Shown piece after piece: positions 9,786 through 22,963 of a stretch of 64,000 bases of DNA. The DNA is from Deltaproteobacteria bacterium (GTDB lineage: Bacteria; Myxococcota; Kuafuiibacteriia; Kuafuiibacteriales; Kuafuiibacteriaceae). Both the position numbers and the translations under genes were made by a program. The notes beneath the pieces are model-generated. The model was given only the letters and a program-made list of their open reading frames with translations. It did not search any database and was not told where the DNA came from. The stretch covers positions 192,001 to 256,000 of the forward strand of contig JAVJQW010000018.1 in the NCBI GenBank assembly GCA_040218735.1. Direction: 5' to 3'. How positions within the stretch are numbered: the stretch's first letter is position 1; each line of letters opens with the position of its first letter.

Positions 9786-11882
9786 TCACCGCGTGGGTTT
9801 GTCGTCCTTGGACACGTCGAACCGGCCCGCGATCCCCGCGTAGAAGGTCCGAGGTTGCAGCGGGTTGATGTTGTGCTCTCCCGCGTCGAGGAGGTTCTCG
9901 ACACCGATGAAAGCCTCCGCGTGGCCGAAGAGGTCCTGCGACAGGCGGAGATCGACGAGCGCGAAGGTGCCCCGGACGTCGTCCTCGCCGTCGAAGTCGA
10001 AGTCCACGAACAGCTCCGCGGGCCCCTCGACCGCGGTGCGGACGACCAGGCGGGTGCCCCAGTCCGGCACCTGCCCGGTCACCCGGAGCGTCGCGCGGAC
10101 GTTGGGGCGCGCCGGGAGCTCCTGCCGAACACGCATGTCCATCTGGTCGCCCTCGGGTTCGTCGCCGAAGAGACCGCTGGTCTGGAGGAGGTCGAGCGAT
10201 AGGTTCGCTTGAATATATTCTTCCAGCCTCCAGCCCACGCCGAGGGAGGCGCCCATCGTGCGGGCGTCTGCGACGTTCTCGTAGCAGAACAACGTGAGCG
10301 GGAGCGCCGGACCGGTGCGGCACGGCGCCATGTCGCGCGGCGAGTAACCGACGGTCGCGATCAGGTCGTCCACGAGGTTGAAGAACCCCGCCGCGGTGAA
10401 CACGAAGTCGTCGTAGGTATAGCTGACGTCCGCGTTGACGCCTTGGGAGACCTCTGGCCTCAGCTCCTCGTTGCCGTACACCACGTAGCCGCTCCCGGGG
10501 TTGGTGAAACGAAGGTAGAGGTTCTCGAACGTCGGCGCCCTGAAGCCCCAACCGTAGCTCGCGCGTAGCACCAGCTCCCGGAACGGATCGAAGCGCACCG
10601 CGAACCGCGGGCTGGGCCGGCCGCCGAACTGAGAGTCGTGGTCGTAGCGAAGGCTCGGGATGACGACGAGCCGCATCGTGTCTTCGAGGATCGTCCACTC
10701 GTCCTGCGCGAAGATCGAGCCGCGTCGCCGTGCGCGGCGGCTTTCGAGGAACGCGACGTCCTGGTCTTCGTGCAGCCCCTCCACCCCGACGGAGACGAAG
10801 TGTTCCGCCCCGAAGAGCCGGTCGTACTGCACGGTCGCCTGGTTGGAGGACTGGCGGTTGTCCTCGAAGCTGTCGAGCTCGTCGCTGCCGATGTGGTCGA
10901 AGTCGATCTGCTGCCGGTAGCGCGAGTGGACCACCGAGACGCGCAGCTTCGACGCGTCCTCGAGCTCGATCACCGGGCCGCCCGAGATCGTCATGCGCTC
11001 GATGCGTTCGTTGCGATCCAGGATCGCGCGGCCGCCGTTCGCGGCGTTCACGCCGGTGAGGTCGGTGGTGCGGTAGCGAAAGCGGAGGCCCGCGCGGGTG
11101 TCTTCGTCCGCCTCGTAGTCGGCGCGCGCGGCGACGTTCCAGCTGGCGAACGCGTCGCCGGTCGTCGGGTCGCCGTTTCGTGTGCCGTCGCCCGGGGAGA
11201 GGTCGAACGCGTCGCCGCGGTGAAAGCCGCCGCTCACGTTGAGCGCGAGCTTGCCGGTGCGGACGCCGGTGTTGCCGATCAGATCGAGGGTGTTGCGCGC
11301 TCCGTAGGTCGCGCGCGCGCTGGCGGACAGCGGCTGCTTCGGCAGACGTGTGATGATGTTGACGACGCCGCCCATCGCGTCCGAGCCGTATAGCGCCGAC
11401 GCCGCGCCCCGGATGATCTCGACGCGCTCGACGTTCTCGAGGTCGAACTGACCCGCGTCGAACTGATCACGCGTTCGCCCCGCGACGCGCTCGCTGTCGA
11501 CGAGCATCAACGTGTGCTCCGGGTTGAGCCCCTGCAGCTGGATGCCGGTGTTGTTGGCGCGGCGCTCGAGCTGCACCCCGGGCATCGTCTCCAACACCCC
11601 CTTCAGGTCCGGCGCGCCCGTTTGCATGACCGTCGCCTGGTCGATGACGTCCGTCGCCACCGGCGCGTCCTTCAACAGCTTCTCGGTGCGCGAGCCCGTC
11701 ACGACGATCTGCTCGATGACGTCGTCGACCTCCGCCTCCACCGACTTCGCCGGCGGGTCCTCGAAGTCGTCGACGAGGCTCAGGTCCACCGCCGTCGACG
11801 TAGACGACGTACCCACCTCGGCCCACGCCGTCGCGGATACGGTCAGGGTCGCGAACACGATGAAATTGCGAATCAATCTCAA
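9786..11882 (-). CDS. TonB-dependent outer-membrane receptor (probable heme/iron uptake)
   Basis: TonB box EQIVVTGSR, plug VERVEIIRGAASALYGSDAMGGVVNIIT, FRAPTF, VENLLD..PRTFYAG; likely start TTG 11882 gives signal peptide MRLIRNFIVFATLTVSATAWA. Confidence 0.9.
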   Translation of the reverse strand: MRLIRNFIVFATLTVSATAWAEVGTSSTSTAVDLSLVDDFEDPPAKSVEAEVDDVIEQIVVTGSRTEKLLKDAPVATDVIDQATVMQTGAPDLKGVLETMPGVQLERRANNTGIQLQGLNPEHTLMLVDSERVAGRTRDQFDAGQFDLENVERVEIIRGAASALYGSDAMGGVVNIITRLPKQPLSASARATYGARNTLDLIGNTGVRTGKLALNVSGGFHRGDAFDLSPGDGTRNGDPTTGDAFASWNVAARADYEADEDTRAGLRFRYRTTDLTGVNAANGGRAILDRNERIERMTISGGPVIELEDASKLRVSVVHSRYRQQIDFDHIGSDELDSFEDNRQSSNQATVQYDRLFGAEHFVSVGVEGLHEDQDVAFLESRRARRRGSIFAQDEWTILEDTMRLVVIPSLRYDHDSQFGGRPSPRFAVRFDPFRELVLRASYGWGFRAPTFENLYLRFTNPGSGYVVYGNEELRPEVSQGVNADVSYTYDDFVFTAAGFFNLVDDLIATVGYSPRDMAPCRTGPALPLTLFCYENVADARTMGASLGVGWRLEEYIQANLSLDLLQTSGLFGDEPEGDQMDMRVRQELPARPNVRATLRVTGQVPDWGTRLVVRTAVEGPAELFVDFDFDGEDDVRGTFALVDLRLSQDLFGHAEAFIGVENLLDAGEHNINPLQPRTFYAGIAGRFDVSKDDKPTR
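11861..11882. promoter_or_regulatory. Fur-box-like AT-rich imperfect palindrome overlapping the probable TBDR start
   Basis: GAAATTGCGAATCAATCTC (11862-11880) matches GATAATGATAATCATTATC at 13/19; 7-1-7 form TGCGAAT-C-AATCTCA; stands out in GC-rich DNA and sits at an iron-uptake gene. Confidence 0.6.
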
Positions 11883-11933
11883 CGCCCCTGGAAGATCGCC
11901 GTCCGGATCGAGCCGAGTCAAGCCGCGCCGAGT

Positions 11934-12647
11934 CTAATCCAGCCTGTACTTCACGGGGATGGCGATCTGCCGGGTCTGGCCGCGATAACCGCCCGGGAGG
12001 GGCGGGAAGGGGGCCGCGGCGCGGACGGCCCGCAGCGCGTCCTCGTCCAGGATCGTGTGCCCCGACGAGGTGTGGACCCGCGGCGGCTCGGCGAGGGCAC
12101 CGTGTTTGTCGATCGTGACCACCACGATGACCCGCCCCTCGAGGCCCAGCTTCCGCGCGGCGCGCGGATAGCGCTTCTGCTGCGTGATCGCCGCGAAGAT
12201 CCCCTGGTTGTACGCCCCGAAGTCCACCGGGGGCGGAGGCGGCGGCGGAGGAGGCGGAGGCGGGGGTGGTGGCGGCGGCGCGGGCCGCGGCTGGGCGATC
12301 GGCGCAGGCGGCGGTGGCGCCTCGTGCGGCGGCGGCGGCGCCGGGTTGTCCGTCTTCTCGGGCTTCGGTCGCTCGCGTTTGGGTTTGGGCTTCGGCTTGG
12401 GCCGCACGACGGGGGGCGGCGGCGGCTCGGGCGGCGGACGCGGCGTCTCCTCGGGGGGCTCTCGCGTCTCGACCGGCGCAAACGCGACCTTCACGACCTG
12501 CGTGCGGAGCGGCCGCTCGCGTTCGGGGCGCGACATCTCGAACGGCGACGCGATCAGCGCGAGGTGCAGCACGACGGCGAACACCACCGGTCCTCCCCAG
12601 CTGATCGGTGCCTGCGACGCCGCGAGATCGTCGGCGGTCGGGATCAC
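11934..12647 (-). CDS. tonB: Energy transducer TonB
   Basis: TM with VVLHLALI, Pro/Lys-rich linker, YPRAARKLGLEGRV..SSGHTILDEDALRAVRAAAPFPP. Confidence 0.92.
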   Translation of the reverse strand: MIPTADDLAASQAPISWGGPVVFAVVLHLALIASPFEMSRPERERPLRTQVVKVAFAPVETREPPEETPRPPPEPPPPPVVRPKPKPKPKRERPKPEKTDNPAPPPPHEAPPPPAPIAQPRPAPPPPPPPPPPPPPPPPPVDFGAYNQGIFAAITQQKRYPRAARKLGLEGRVIVVVTIDKHGALAEPPRVHTSSGHTILDEDALRAVRAAAPFPPLPGGYRGQTRQIAIPVKYRLD

Positions 12648-13039
12648 TTCGAGGCCTCGGTCGCGATCGACACACCTTCGAAGCCGGCGCGGCGCGCGGC
12701 CGAGAGCGTCTGAACCGCGACCTCGAAGTCCACGGTCGCCGCGGCGCGGATGACGATCGCTTCCTTCTCGGCGCGCTGCTCTTGCAACTTGGCTTGCAAG
12801 TCGTCCATCGCGACGATCTGCGCGCCGACGCGCACTGTCCCCTCGGCGTCGATAGTCACCGTCACCGGTTCGGCCGGCGTCTCGTCGGTCGGCGCCGCGT
12901 TGGGGAGGTCGACCTCGATGCCCTGGATCCGCTGAAAGTTGGCGGCGAGCACGATGAAGATGACGAGGATGAAGACGATGTCGATCAGCGCCGACAGGTT
13001 GATCTGCGGTCGCTCGCGTCGCGCGGTCTCGAACTTCAT
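12644..13039 (-). CDS. exbD: Biopolymer transport protein ExbD/TolR
   Basis: MKFETARRERPQINLSALIDIVFILVIFIVL..IEVDLP; translationally coupled to exbB and tonB. Confidence 0.9.
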   Translation of the reverse strand: MKFETARRERPQINLSALIDIVFILVIFIVLAANFQRIQGIEVDLPNAAPTDETPAEPVTVTIDAEGTVRVGAQIVAMDDLQAKLQEQRAEKEAIVIRAAATVDFEVAVQTLSAARRAGFEGVSIATEASK

Positions 13040-13659
13040 CACGCGTCCTCGACCGGGGCCTCCGTGAGCACCCGCTGGATCGCGTTCGCGAGCTGCAGCC
13101 GCAGGTGATCCGTGCGGCTCGTCAGATAGCTGTACCCCGCGAGTGTGGGCACCGCGACGAGGAGCCCGGCGGCGGTCGTGAGGAGCGCCTTCCAGATGCC
13201 GGACGACAGCGTCGACACGTCGACGTTCGCCATCCCCGTCCCCTGCAGACCGAGGAACAGATCCACCATGCCCAGCACGGTGCCGAGGAGGCCGAGCAGC
13301 GGCGCGGCCTGCGCGATGAACGACAGGAGCGCGAGGTTCTTCTCGAGCTGCTGCAGCTCCAGGCTCCCGACGCGACGCCCCTCCGCCTCCGCGCGGTCCG
13401 GGCGGCGGGACAGCGTCGCGAGCATCGCCGCGACGACGCGTGTCCCGGGGTGCGGCGAGCTCTTCAACGCCGTGGCGAGCTGCTCCGACTGGTTGCGTCC
13501 GAGCGCGCCGACGACGGCCTCCAGCCAACCCATGTCCCACAGACGTGCGGCGCGGATCTCCAGCAGCTTCTTAACGAACACCGCGAGCGCTACGACCGAG
13601 CACAGGTAGATCGGGTACATCGACCACCCGCCCTGGGAGAGCAGCTCGAAGAGCGACAT
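13039..13659 (-). CDS. exbB: MotA/TolQ/ExbB proton channel protein
   Basis: GGWSMYPI, APLLGLLGTVLGM, GIWKALLTTAAGLLVAVP. Confidence 0.92.
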   Translation of the reverse strand: MSLFELLSQGGWSMYPIYLCSVVALAVFVKKLLEIRAARLWDMGWLEAVVGALGRNQSEQLATALKSSPHPGTRVVAAMLATLSRRPDRAEAEGRRVGSLELQQLEKNLALLSFIAQAAPLLGLLGTVLGMVDLFLGLQGTGMANVDVSTLSSGIWKALLTTAAGLLVAVPTLAGYSYLTSRTDHLRLQLANAIQRVLTEAPVEDA

Positions 13660-13669
13660 GGCGCGGAGC

Positions 13670-14443
13670 CTAGCGATCGATGTCGTCGTAGTCCATGACG
13701 AGCGGCGCGTGATCCGAGAAGCGTCGGCGCGTGTAGATCGATGCGGTCCGCGCGCGCGACGCGAGATCCGGCGTGGTGATCTGATAGTCGAGTCGCCACC
13801 CGACGTTCTTCGCCCACGCCTGACCGCGGTTCGACCACCACGTGTAACGCTCGGGGTTGTCGTCGACGACGCGGAACGTGTCGACGAACCCAGCGCGCGA
13901 GAACAGCCTGTCGAGCCAAGCACGTTCCTCAGGGAGGAAGCCGGAGTGTTTCTGGTTGCTGCGCCAATTCGTCAGATCGATCGGCTTGTGTGCGAGGTTC
14001 CAGTCTCCGCACACCACGTAGCTGCGACCGTCGCGCCCAAGTTGTCTCAGATGTGTCATGAGCCGCTTCATGAAGCGGAACTTGCGCGGCTGACGCCCAG
14101 GCGTAGAGCCCGACGGCATGTAGAAGGACACTACGGACAAGTCACCGACGTCGATCTGCAGCCATCGTCCCTCGGCGTCGCAGGGCCGGTACCCGATGCC
14201 GCGCACGACGCGGTCCGCGGGGACGCGACTGTAGATCCCCACGCCGCTGTAACCCTTGCGCTCCGCGGGCATGAAGTAGGCGTGGTAGCCGCGCGGTCTG
14301 CGCGCGCGCAGGGGCATCTGTTCGGGGAAGGCGCGGATCTCCTGGAGGCATACGAAGTCCGGGCGCTGCCGGCGCATCCACTCCAGGAAACCTTTGCTCG
14401 CCGCGGAGCGGATCCCGTTCACGTTGAGGGTGAGGACGCGCAA
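13670..14443 (-). CDS. xth: Exodeoxyribonuclease III
   Basis: NVNGIRSA, CLQE, KGYSGV, EGR, CGDWNLAH, YTWWS, GWRLDY, SDHAP; likely TTG start at 14443. Confidence 0.93.
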   Translation of the reverse strand: MRVLTLNVNGIRSAASKGFLEWMRRQRPDFVCLQEIRAFPEQMPLRARRPRGYHAYFMPAERKGYSGVGIYSRVPADRVVRGIGYRPCDAEGRWLQIDVGDLSVVSFYMPSGSTPGRQPRKFRFMKRLMTHLRQLGRDGRSYVVCGDWNLAHKPIDLTNWRSNQKHSGFLPEERAWLDRLFSRAGFVDTFRVVDDNPERYTWWSNRGQAWAKNVGWRLDYQITTPDLASRARTASIYTRRRFSDHAPLVMDYDDIDR

Positions 14444-14444
14444 T

Positions 14445-15038
14445 TCAGGCGTTCGCGGCGCGGCGCTTCCGGTACACGACGACACCGCGGTACGCGGCCC
14501 AGTACGCCGGCGCGCCCAACACGACGCCGACCAACAGGCTCCCGACCCACAGCTCGGCGCCCATCGCGACGAAGGTGTCGAACGCCGCGCCCCACAGCTC
14601 TGGGCTGGTCAGGCGCTCCCACAACGAGGCGTCGGAGGTGGCGCCGTTCATCATGCGTTCGATCGCCGCCTTGGTTTCGGGGGACCCGGAGAGTGACCCG
14701 GTCATCAGGAACTGACCGATCTTCCAGTTCGAGTAGTAGAGCGGCACCGCCGTCAGCGGGTTCGAAAGCCACACCGGGAGGATGCCGCTGATCTTGTTCG
14801 CGCCGACCATCGCCGCGATGGCGACGTAGATGATCATCTGGAACCCGATCGTCGGTGTCGCGCCCACGAGGAAGCCGAGGAAGACACCGAGCGCGATGCG
14901 GTGCGGGGTGTCGTCCAGCTGCAGGATGCGGTGGACGACGAGGTGCTTCACCTTGGGCCACAGGCCCGGGGGGAGGTCGTCCTCCGGATCGACGACGTTG
15001 GCGCGCGGCTCGGAGTCGTTGACGTGCACGCTGACCAA
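14445..15038 (-). CDS. DUF2062-family membrane protein
   Basis: [31 protein letters not shown] pattern with a C-terminal TM. Confidence 0.8.
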   Translation of the reverse strand: MVSVHVNDSEPRANVVDPEDDLPPGLWPKVKHLVVHRILQLDDTPHRIALGVFLGFLVGATPTIGFQMIIYVAIAAMVGANKISGILPVWLSNPLTAVPLYYSNWKIGQFLMTGSLSGSPETKAAIERMMNGATSDASLWERLTSPELWGAAFDTFVAMGAELWVGSLLVGVVLGAPAYWAAYRGVVVYRKRRAANA

Positions 15039-15113
15039 TCAGGCTCCTCGGATCGGATTATCGGCAGGTCCAACGCGCGAGGCGAGCCCTAATCTTCCGA
15101 CGTCGACGGTTCT

Positions 15114-18626
<3,513 letters not shown>

Positions 18627-18693
18627 CTCCCCCGGTTCGCGTCAACGTGAGCCGTTGCCAAGGACCGTGCGCGTGCAGGACGTTCGGTGCGCC

Positions 18694-19935
18694 TTGTCGA
18701 TCGCCGCCGATCCGCCCCTGGACCTCACCTACGCCGACGTTCCGCCCTTCGCGTGGGTCCCCGCGGCGCCGGATCCGGATGGTCCCGGCTGCCCGGAGGC
18801 GCTCCGGTCGCGCATCCTGATCGACGTCGTGCACGACGGCGCGTACATCCCGCCGTCGTTCGTCGCGGGACTGGATCGCAAACGCATCGGGGCGGCGTTC
18901 GTGCGCGAGCGCGACTGGGGCGCGAGCGCGATCGCCCACGACCTCGCCGCGGCGCTGCACGTGGACGGCTTCGCGCGCGTCGACATCGCTCGGGTCCTGC
19001 TCGACTTCAACCGCTTCCCCGGCATCACGACACCGTTCGCGGATCACATGAACCGGTTTGCGATCAACCAGCCCTTCGCGTCGCGCCTCACGCACCAGGA
19101 TAAACGCCGGATCCTCGCCGACTACTACGACCCGACCTCCCACGCGTACGAAGCGGCGCTCGACGGCAAGCTCATCAAGGTCGCGATTCACACCTACGAC
19201 GAGCACAACCGCACGCAGACGCGACGCCCCGCGGTCAGCATCCTCACGCGCTCGCACGGACACTCGCGTGACCACGCGATCCCCGTTGGGCTCTTCGACC
19301 CGCTCTTCCCGTCGGAGCTGGTCGAGTTGACCTGCGATCCGATCTTGCGCTCACGCGTCGCGCTCACGCTGGAGGAGGCGGCGGTGCACGTCGCCGACAA
19401 CTATCCGTACTCGCTCCCCGAGGGGAGCGTCGAGGTGCGCTCGCAGGTCTGGTACTTCTTCTCGCACGTGCGTCGCCACTACGACGCCGAGCACCCGCGT
19501 ACTCCGGAGGAGGAGGCGGACCCGACGAGCCCGCGCAACCTCGTGTGGAGCATGTTGCTCGATACGAACCTGCGCTCCGCGGAGAGTGATCTGCTCCGCA
19601 GCTACCTGCACATGTTCCGGCGCCCACCCGAGCGCTGGCGCGATCGCTTCGAGGCGGCGCGTACGGAGTACGAACACGTGGCGAGCTTCATCGACGCGAA
19701 TCGGGAGCGGCTCGTCGAGCAGTACAAGGACGGTCTCGATCGCCCGTCGTCGATTGTCATCGAGGTGCGCAAGGACCTCGTCTACGACTTCGCGGAAGGG
19801 CGTCCGATCGGACCGCGGCGCGACGATATTCGCCGGCTCGGCCGGCTGCTCGCGAAGGCCGTGCACACGTACCTGGTTACGGACCGCGCGCTGAAGGAAG
19901 AGGGCCTCGCGAACCGCGACCCGCGTTTCTCGTGA
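18694..19935 (+). CDS. N-formylglutamate amidohydrolase-like Zn hydrolase (long variant)
   Basis: VHDG, RDWGA, RVLLDFNR, YYDP.SHAY, IHTY, NYPY, IEVRKDL; start uncertain (18667-18694). Confidence 0.65.
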   Translation: MSIAADPPLDLTYADVPPFAWVPAAPDPDGPGCPEALRSRILIDVVHDGAYIPPSFVAGLDRKRIGAAFVRERDWGASAIAHDLAAALHVDGFARVDIARVLLDFNRFPGITTPFADHMNRFAINQPFASRLTHQDKRRILADYYDPTSHAYEAALDGKLIKVAIHTYDEHNRTQTRRPAVSILTRSHGHSRDHAIPVGLFDPLFPSELVELTCDPILRSRVALTLEEAAVHVADNYPYSLPEGSVEVRSQVWYFFSHVRRHYDAEHPRTPEEEADPTSPRNLVWSMLLDTNLRSAESDLLRSYLHMFRRPPERWRDRFEAARTEYEHVASFIDANRERLVEQYKDGLDRPSSIVIEVRKDLVYDFAEGRPIGPRRDDIRRLGRLLAKAVHTYLVTDRALKEEGLANRDPRFS

Positions 19936-19985
19936 GCCTCGGTCGCGGGCCGAGATGAACGACGCCGGTCGAACGGCGCGAACGT

Positions 19986-21155
19986 CTACTCCGGCGGCGG
20001 AGCTCCGGGCTCGAACACGGGGCGCTTCTTCTTGGGCGGCTTCTTCTTCGCGCGCGGCGAGCGCTGGACCACGCCGCCGGCGGTGACCTGTTCGAATCGA
20101 CCGCGTCCGCGTCCGACGGCGTTGAATCGGGTGGCGCGGACATCGATGACCGAGGGCGGTCCCTCGCAGGGCGCGTCGATCCAGTCGACGGGCTCCGCGG
20201 GGGGATCGTCGAGCACGTACGCCGACGCGGGTGGGAGCGTGCAGGCGGCTGTCGCGGTCACCGTTCCGCCGGCCCAGCGCATCGCAGTCACCGGGTCGCG
20301 GCCGGTGAGCTCGACGACGCGGTGCGCGCCGACCGGTTCGCCGAGGAGGATGACGCGGAGGCGATGTTGCTTCGCGAAGGCGTTGGCGTCTTCGGTGCGA
20401 CGGAACAACCCGAGGACGACCGCGACGCCGGTCGAAGTCGTGGTCCCGAGCTCGTCGGTGTGGGCGAGGAACGGGTAGCCCGCGCCGAACGTGTCCGGGA
20501 ACGCGGCGCGCGCGACGGCCGCCTCGTCGGCGGACGCGTAGACACCGCCGAGCGCTGCGGCGAAGGGGAGGTCACAGTCTTCACACACGGGCCGAAGCTC
20601 GGCGCGGCCGTAGAGGCCCGCGGGGAGGCGGCCGGTCGCGCGGATTCGGTCGGGTTCGCGCAAGGAGGCCTCGGGAGCGGCGCGCGGCTCGGGCGCGGTG
20701 GGGCCGAGGACCGTGGCGTTGCTCGCGCGGAGCGCGTTCGACGACTGGGCGTAGACGATACCGCCCCACAGCGCGATCGCGGTCCCGACGACGAGCGGGA
20801 TGAAGAGCCCCACGCAGAACGCGGTCGCTTCGTCGGTCGTGCGTCCGAAACCCGCCTTGCAACCGTCGAGGCCCGTCCCGACGTTCACGAGGCCGTAGCC
20901 GGCGATGAGCCCGCCGATGAGTCCGTGCACGTTGCCGGGGTGGTCGATGTCCACGATGTCGAGGCGGCGTACTCTTTCGTCTCCGTTCCCCGTGCGGACC
21001 AGGACGTACTCCCGGTCGCTCTTCTCGATCGTGCCCTCGTAGAGGCGGGTCGACGTCTGGACGGTCGCCGTCGTTCCGCACGCGACGAGCGCGTGGGCCA
21101 CGAGGAAGGCGACGGCGCTTCGCACCGCGCAGCGAACCGGTTGAGCGCGTGCCAT
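19986..21155 (-). CDS. Hypothetical lipoprotein / membrane protein
   Basis: Lipobox-like LVAC, two hydrophobic segments, Lys/Pro-rich tail; coherent GC-biased codon use. Confidence 0.6.
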   Translation of the reverse strand: MARAQPVRCAVRSAVAFLVAHALVACGTTATVQTSTRLYEGTIEKSDREYVLVRTGNGDERVRRLDIVDIDHPGNVHGLIGGLIAGYGLVNVGTGLDGCKAGFGRTTDEATAFCVGLFIPLVVGTAIALWGGIVYAQSSNALRASNATVLGPTAPEPRAAPEASLREPDRIRATGRLPAGLYGRAELRPVCEDCDLPFAAALGGVYASADEAAVARAAFPDTFGAGYPFLAHTDELGTTTSTGVAVVLGLFRRTEDANAFAKQHRLRVILLGEPVGAHRVVELTGRDPVTAMRWAGGTVTATAACTLPPASAYVLDDPPAEPVDWIDAPCEGPPSVIDVRATRFNAVGRGRGRFEQVTAGGVVQRSPRAKKKPPKKKRPVFEPGAPPPE

Positions 21156-21251
21156 GCGCGGGGGTGTAGCGTCGCCCGGGTCCGGCCGCAATGCTGTCCG
21201 GAAGGACACCGCTTTGACCAGTTCTGTCAGAGAGATCCGGACAATGAGAAG

Positions 21252-21659
21252 ATGTCGAAAAGTCTTGTCATTGCTCCTCTGCTCCTCGTGCTCGGCGGTT
21301 GCGCCGCCTTCAACGCGTCCTACGGTTTCCGCGTGAAGGGCGGCCTCGAGCCGCTCGTCTCGCTCCGTCGTGTCACGGTTCATCGCGGGCCGACCGCGTA
21401 CGTTGGCAAGTTGTCTTGCGACTTCCCGATCGCGATTCGTGTGCTCGAGGTCTCCGGCGTCGAGAAGCTCGCGTTCCTTCGCAACGATCGGCCGCTGCGC
21501 GGCTGCGGCCTCGAGTGGGCGAGTGTGATGATCCCGTCCGGTCAGGTGCTCGGCTCGTCCGAGCTCGGCATGGTCGTGTCGCGCTCAGGCTACGTCGTCG
21601 CGTGTGTCGAGGGGGACTCGCGCCCCAGTGAGATCGTCGTGGAGACGATCTGTCCCTGA
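21252..21659 (+). CDS. Small hypothetical lipoprotein
   Basis: MSKSLVIAPLLLVLGGC lipoprotein signal; followed by a 9-bp stem-loop. Confidence 0.6.
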   Translation: MSKSLVIAPLLLVLGGCAAFNASYGFRVKGGLEPLVSLRRVTVHRGPTAYVGKLSCDFPIAIRVLEVSGVEKLAFLRNDRPLRGCGLEWASVMIPSGQVLGSSELGMVVSRSGYVVACVEGDSRPSEIVVETICP

Positions 21660-21673
21660 GTCGTGAGGGTGCA

Positions 21674-21696
21674 CGCGGGGCGCTCGTCGCCCCGCG
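21674..21696 (+). terminator. GC stem-loop after the lipoprotein gene
   Basis: CGCGGGGCG-CTCGT-CGCCCCGCG; no U-tract. Confidence 0.35.
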
Positions 21697-21783
21697 CCGG
21701 GTGCATGCGGCGCCCGAGTGCACACGGTCGCGGACGGGCGTCGGGCGTCGGGCCTTGGCCCGAACGGTGCAGTTCACGGCGGG

Positions 21784-22956
21784 ATGCAGAACGTTCGCGA
21801 GATTCCGATCATGGCCCTCGTCGTCAATGACCACGGCACCGTCGACACCCAAGACGACACCTACTCGCAGGAGATCGTCGGCTACCGGCTGGAGATCTAC
21901 GACGACGGCGTGGACTTCGACGATCCGAGCGCCCAGCCGATCCGCGTCGTGCAGTCGGACGATGCGCTCGTCGACGACGACGATCTCGACGTTGCGATCC
22001 AACGGATGGAAGAGGCCCCGCCGATCACGCTCGACCCGGTCATCGAGCAGCGCATTCGTGACGGCCAGATCGACGGGCCGCTCATCGAGGCCCTCGCGCA
22101 GGTCCCGGAGGCGGTCCTGACGGAGCTGTTCACGACGCTCCTCGAGGGGTCGTTCCCGGGTAACGCATCCATCGAGGCCGCAATCGCGGACGGTGACATC
22201 GCGGCGGGCACCCTCGAGGGGATGCCGGCGAGCGTGGCCGCCGGACTCGTTGCGATGATCGACAACTCGGTACACGGAGAAGCGACGCTCGGGCTCGTGC
22301 TGTCGCTCCTGGGGCCGGCTTCGGCGCGCGACCCGAGCGTCGTCGTTCCGACCACGGACGCCACCCAAAACGAAGCGGCGCGCGCATCCGCGGCGCTGTT
22401 CGCGCTCGCGTTCACGCACCTCGATTCGCTGAGCATGAACCAGCCCGAGCCGACACCTTGGACGAACGCCACCGGCTTCGCGTACATGGGCGAGGAGGGT
22501 GGCAACTGCGCGACCTTCGTCGGCGTCGCGCTGCTCTACGCGGGGTTCGTGGAACGGAGTGACGAGCTCAACGAGTTCTTCGGGGTGGTCCCCGACAGCA
22601 CGCCGCCCGTGATCGGCATCCGTGGAGCGATAGCTTTGAGGAACTACCTCGTGCGCCAGAACGGCAACGGAATCGATCGGGAGGACCTACGATTCGGCGA
22701 CGTGATCGCGACGCCGGGCGATGCGTACGCACACATCTCGATCGTCGTGGGCTTCGGCGATCCCGACGCCGACCCGCCGACGTTCTACCTCTCGCGCGAA
22801 GCGGCGCTCGCCGACGGTGTCACGAACGTCGAGCCGTTCGTCGTCGACCACGACTCGAGCAACGACGGGACCGACGCGTGGCCGGGACGCGGAATTCAAC
22901 CCGCCGTCGACGTCGAGTCGGGCGGTGCCCCTATCTACGCCTGGGTCACGTCCTAG
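21784..22956 (+). CDS. Acidic protein with C-terminal papain-like (Amidase_6 / NlpC-P60-type) domain
   Basis: GGNCATFVGVALLYAG..LRNYL..GDVI..HISIV..DH resembles a Cys-His amidase; start uncertain (21718, 21784 or 21811). Confidence 0.55.
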   Translation: MQNVREIPIMALVVNDHGTVDTQDDTYSQEIVGYRLEIYDDGVDFDDPSAQPIRVVQSDDALVDDDDLDVAIQRMEEAPPITLDPVIEQRIRDGQIDGPLIEALAQVPEAVLTELFTTLLEGSFPGNASIEAAIADGDIAAGTLEGMPASVAAGLVAMIDNSVHGEATLGLVLSLLGPASARDPSVVVPTTDATQNEAARASAALFALAFTHLDSLSMNQPEPTPWTNATGFAYMGEEGGNCATFVGVALLYAGFVERSDELNEFFGVVPDSTPPVIGIRGAIALRNYLVRQNGNGIDREDLRFGDVIATPGDAYAHISIVVGFGDPDADPPTFYLSREAALADGVTNVEPFVVDHDSSNDGTDAWPGRGIQPAVDVESGGAPIYAWVTS

Positions 22957-22963
22957 GCCGGTC

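Noticed and set aside
12226-12430. GGC/GGA low-complexity tract
   Set aside because: Ordinary poly-proline linker of TonB.
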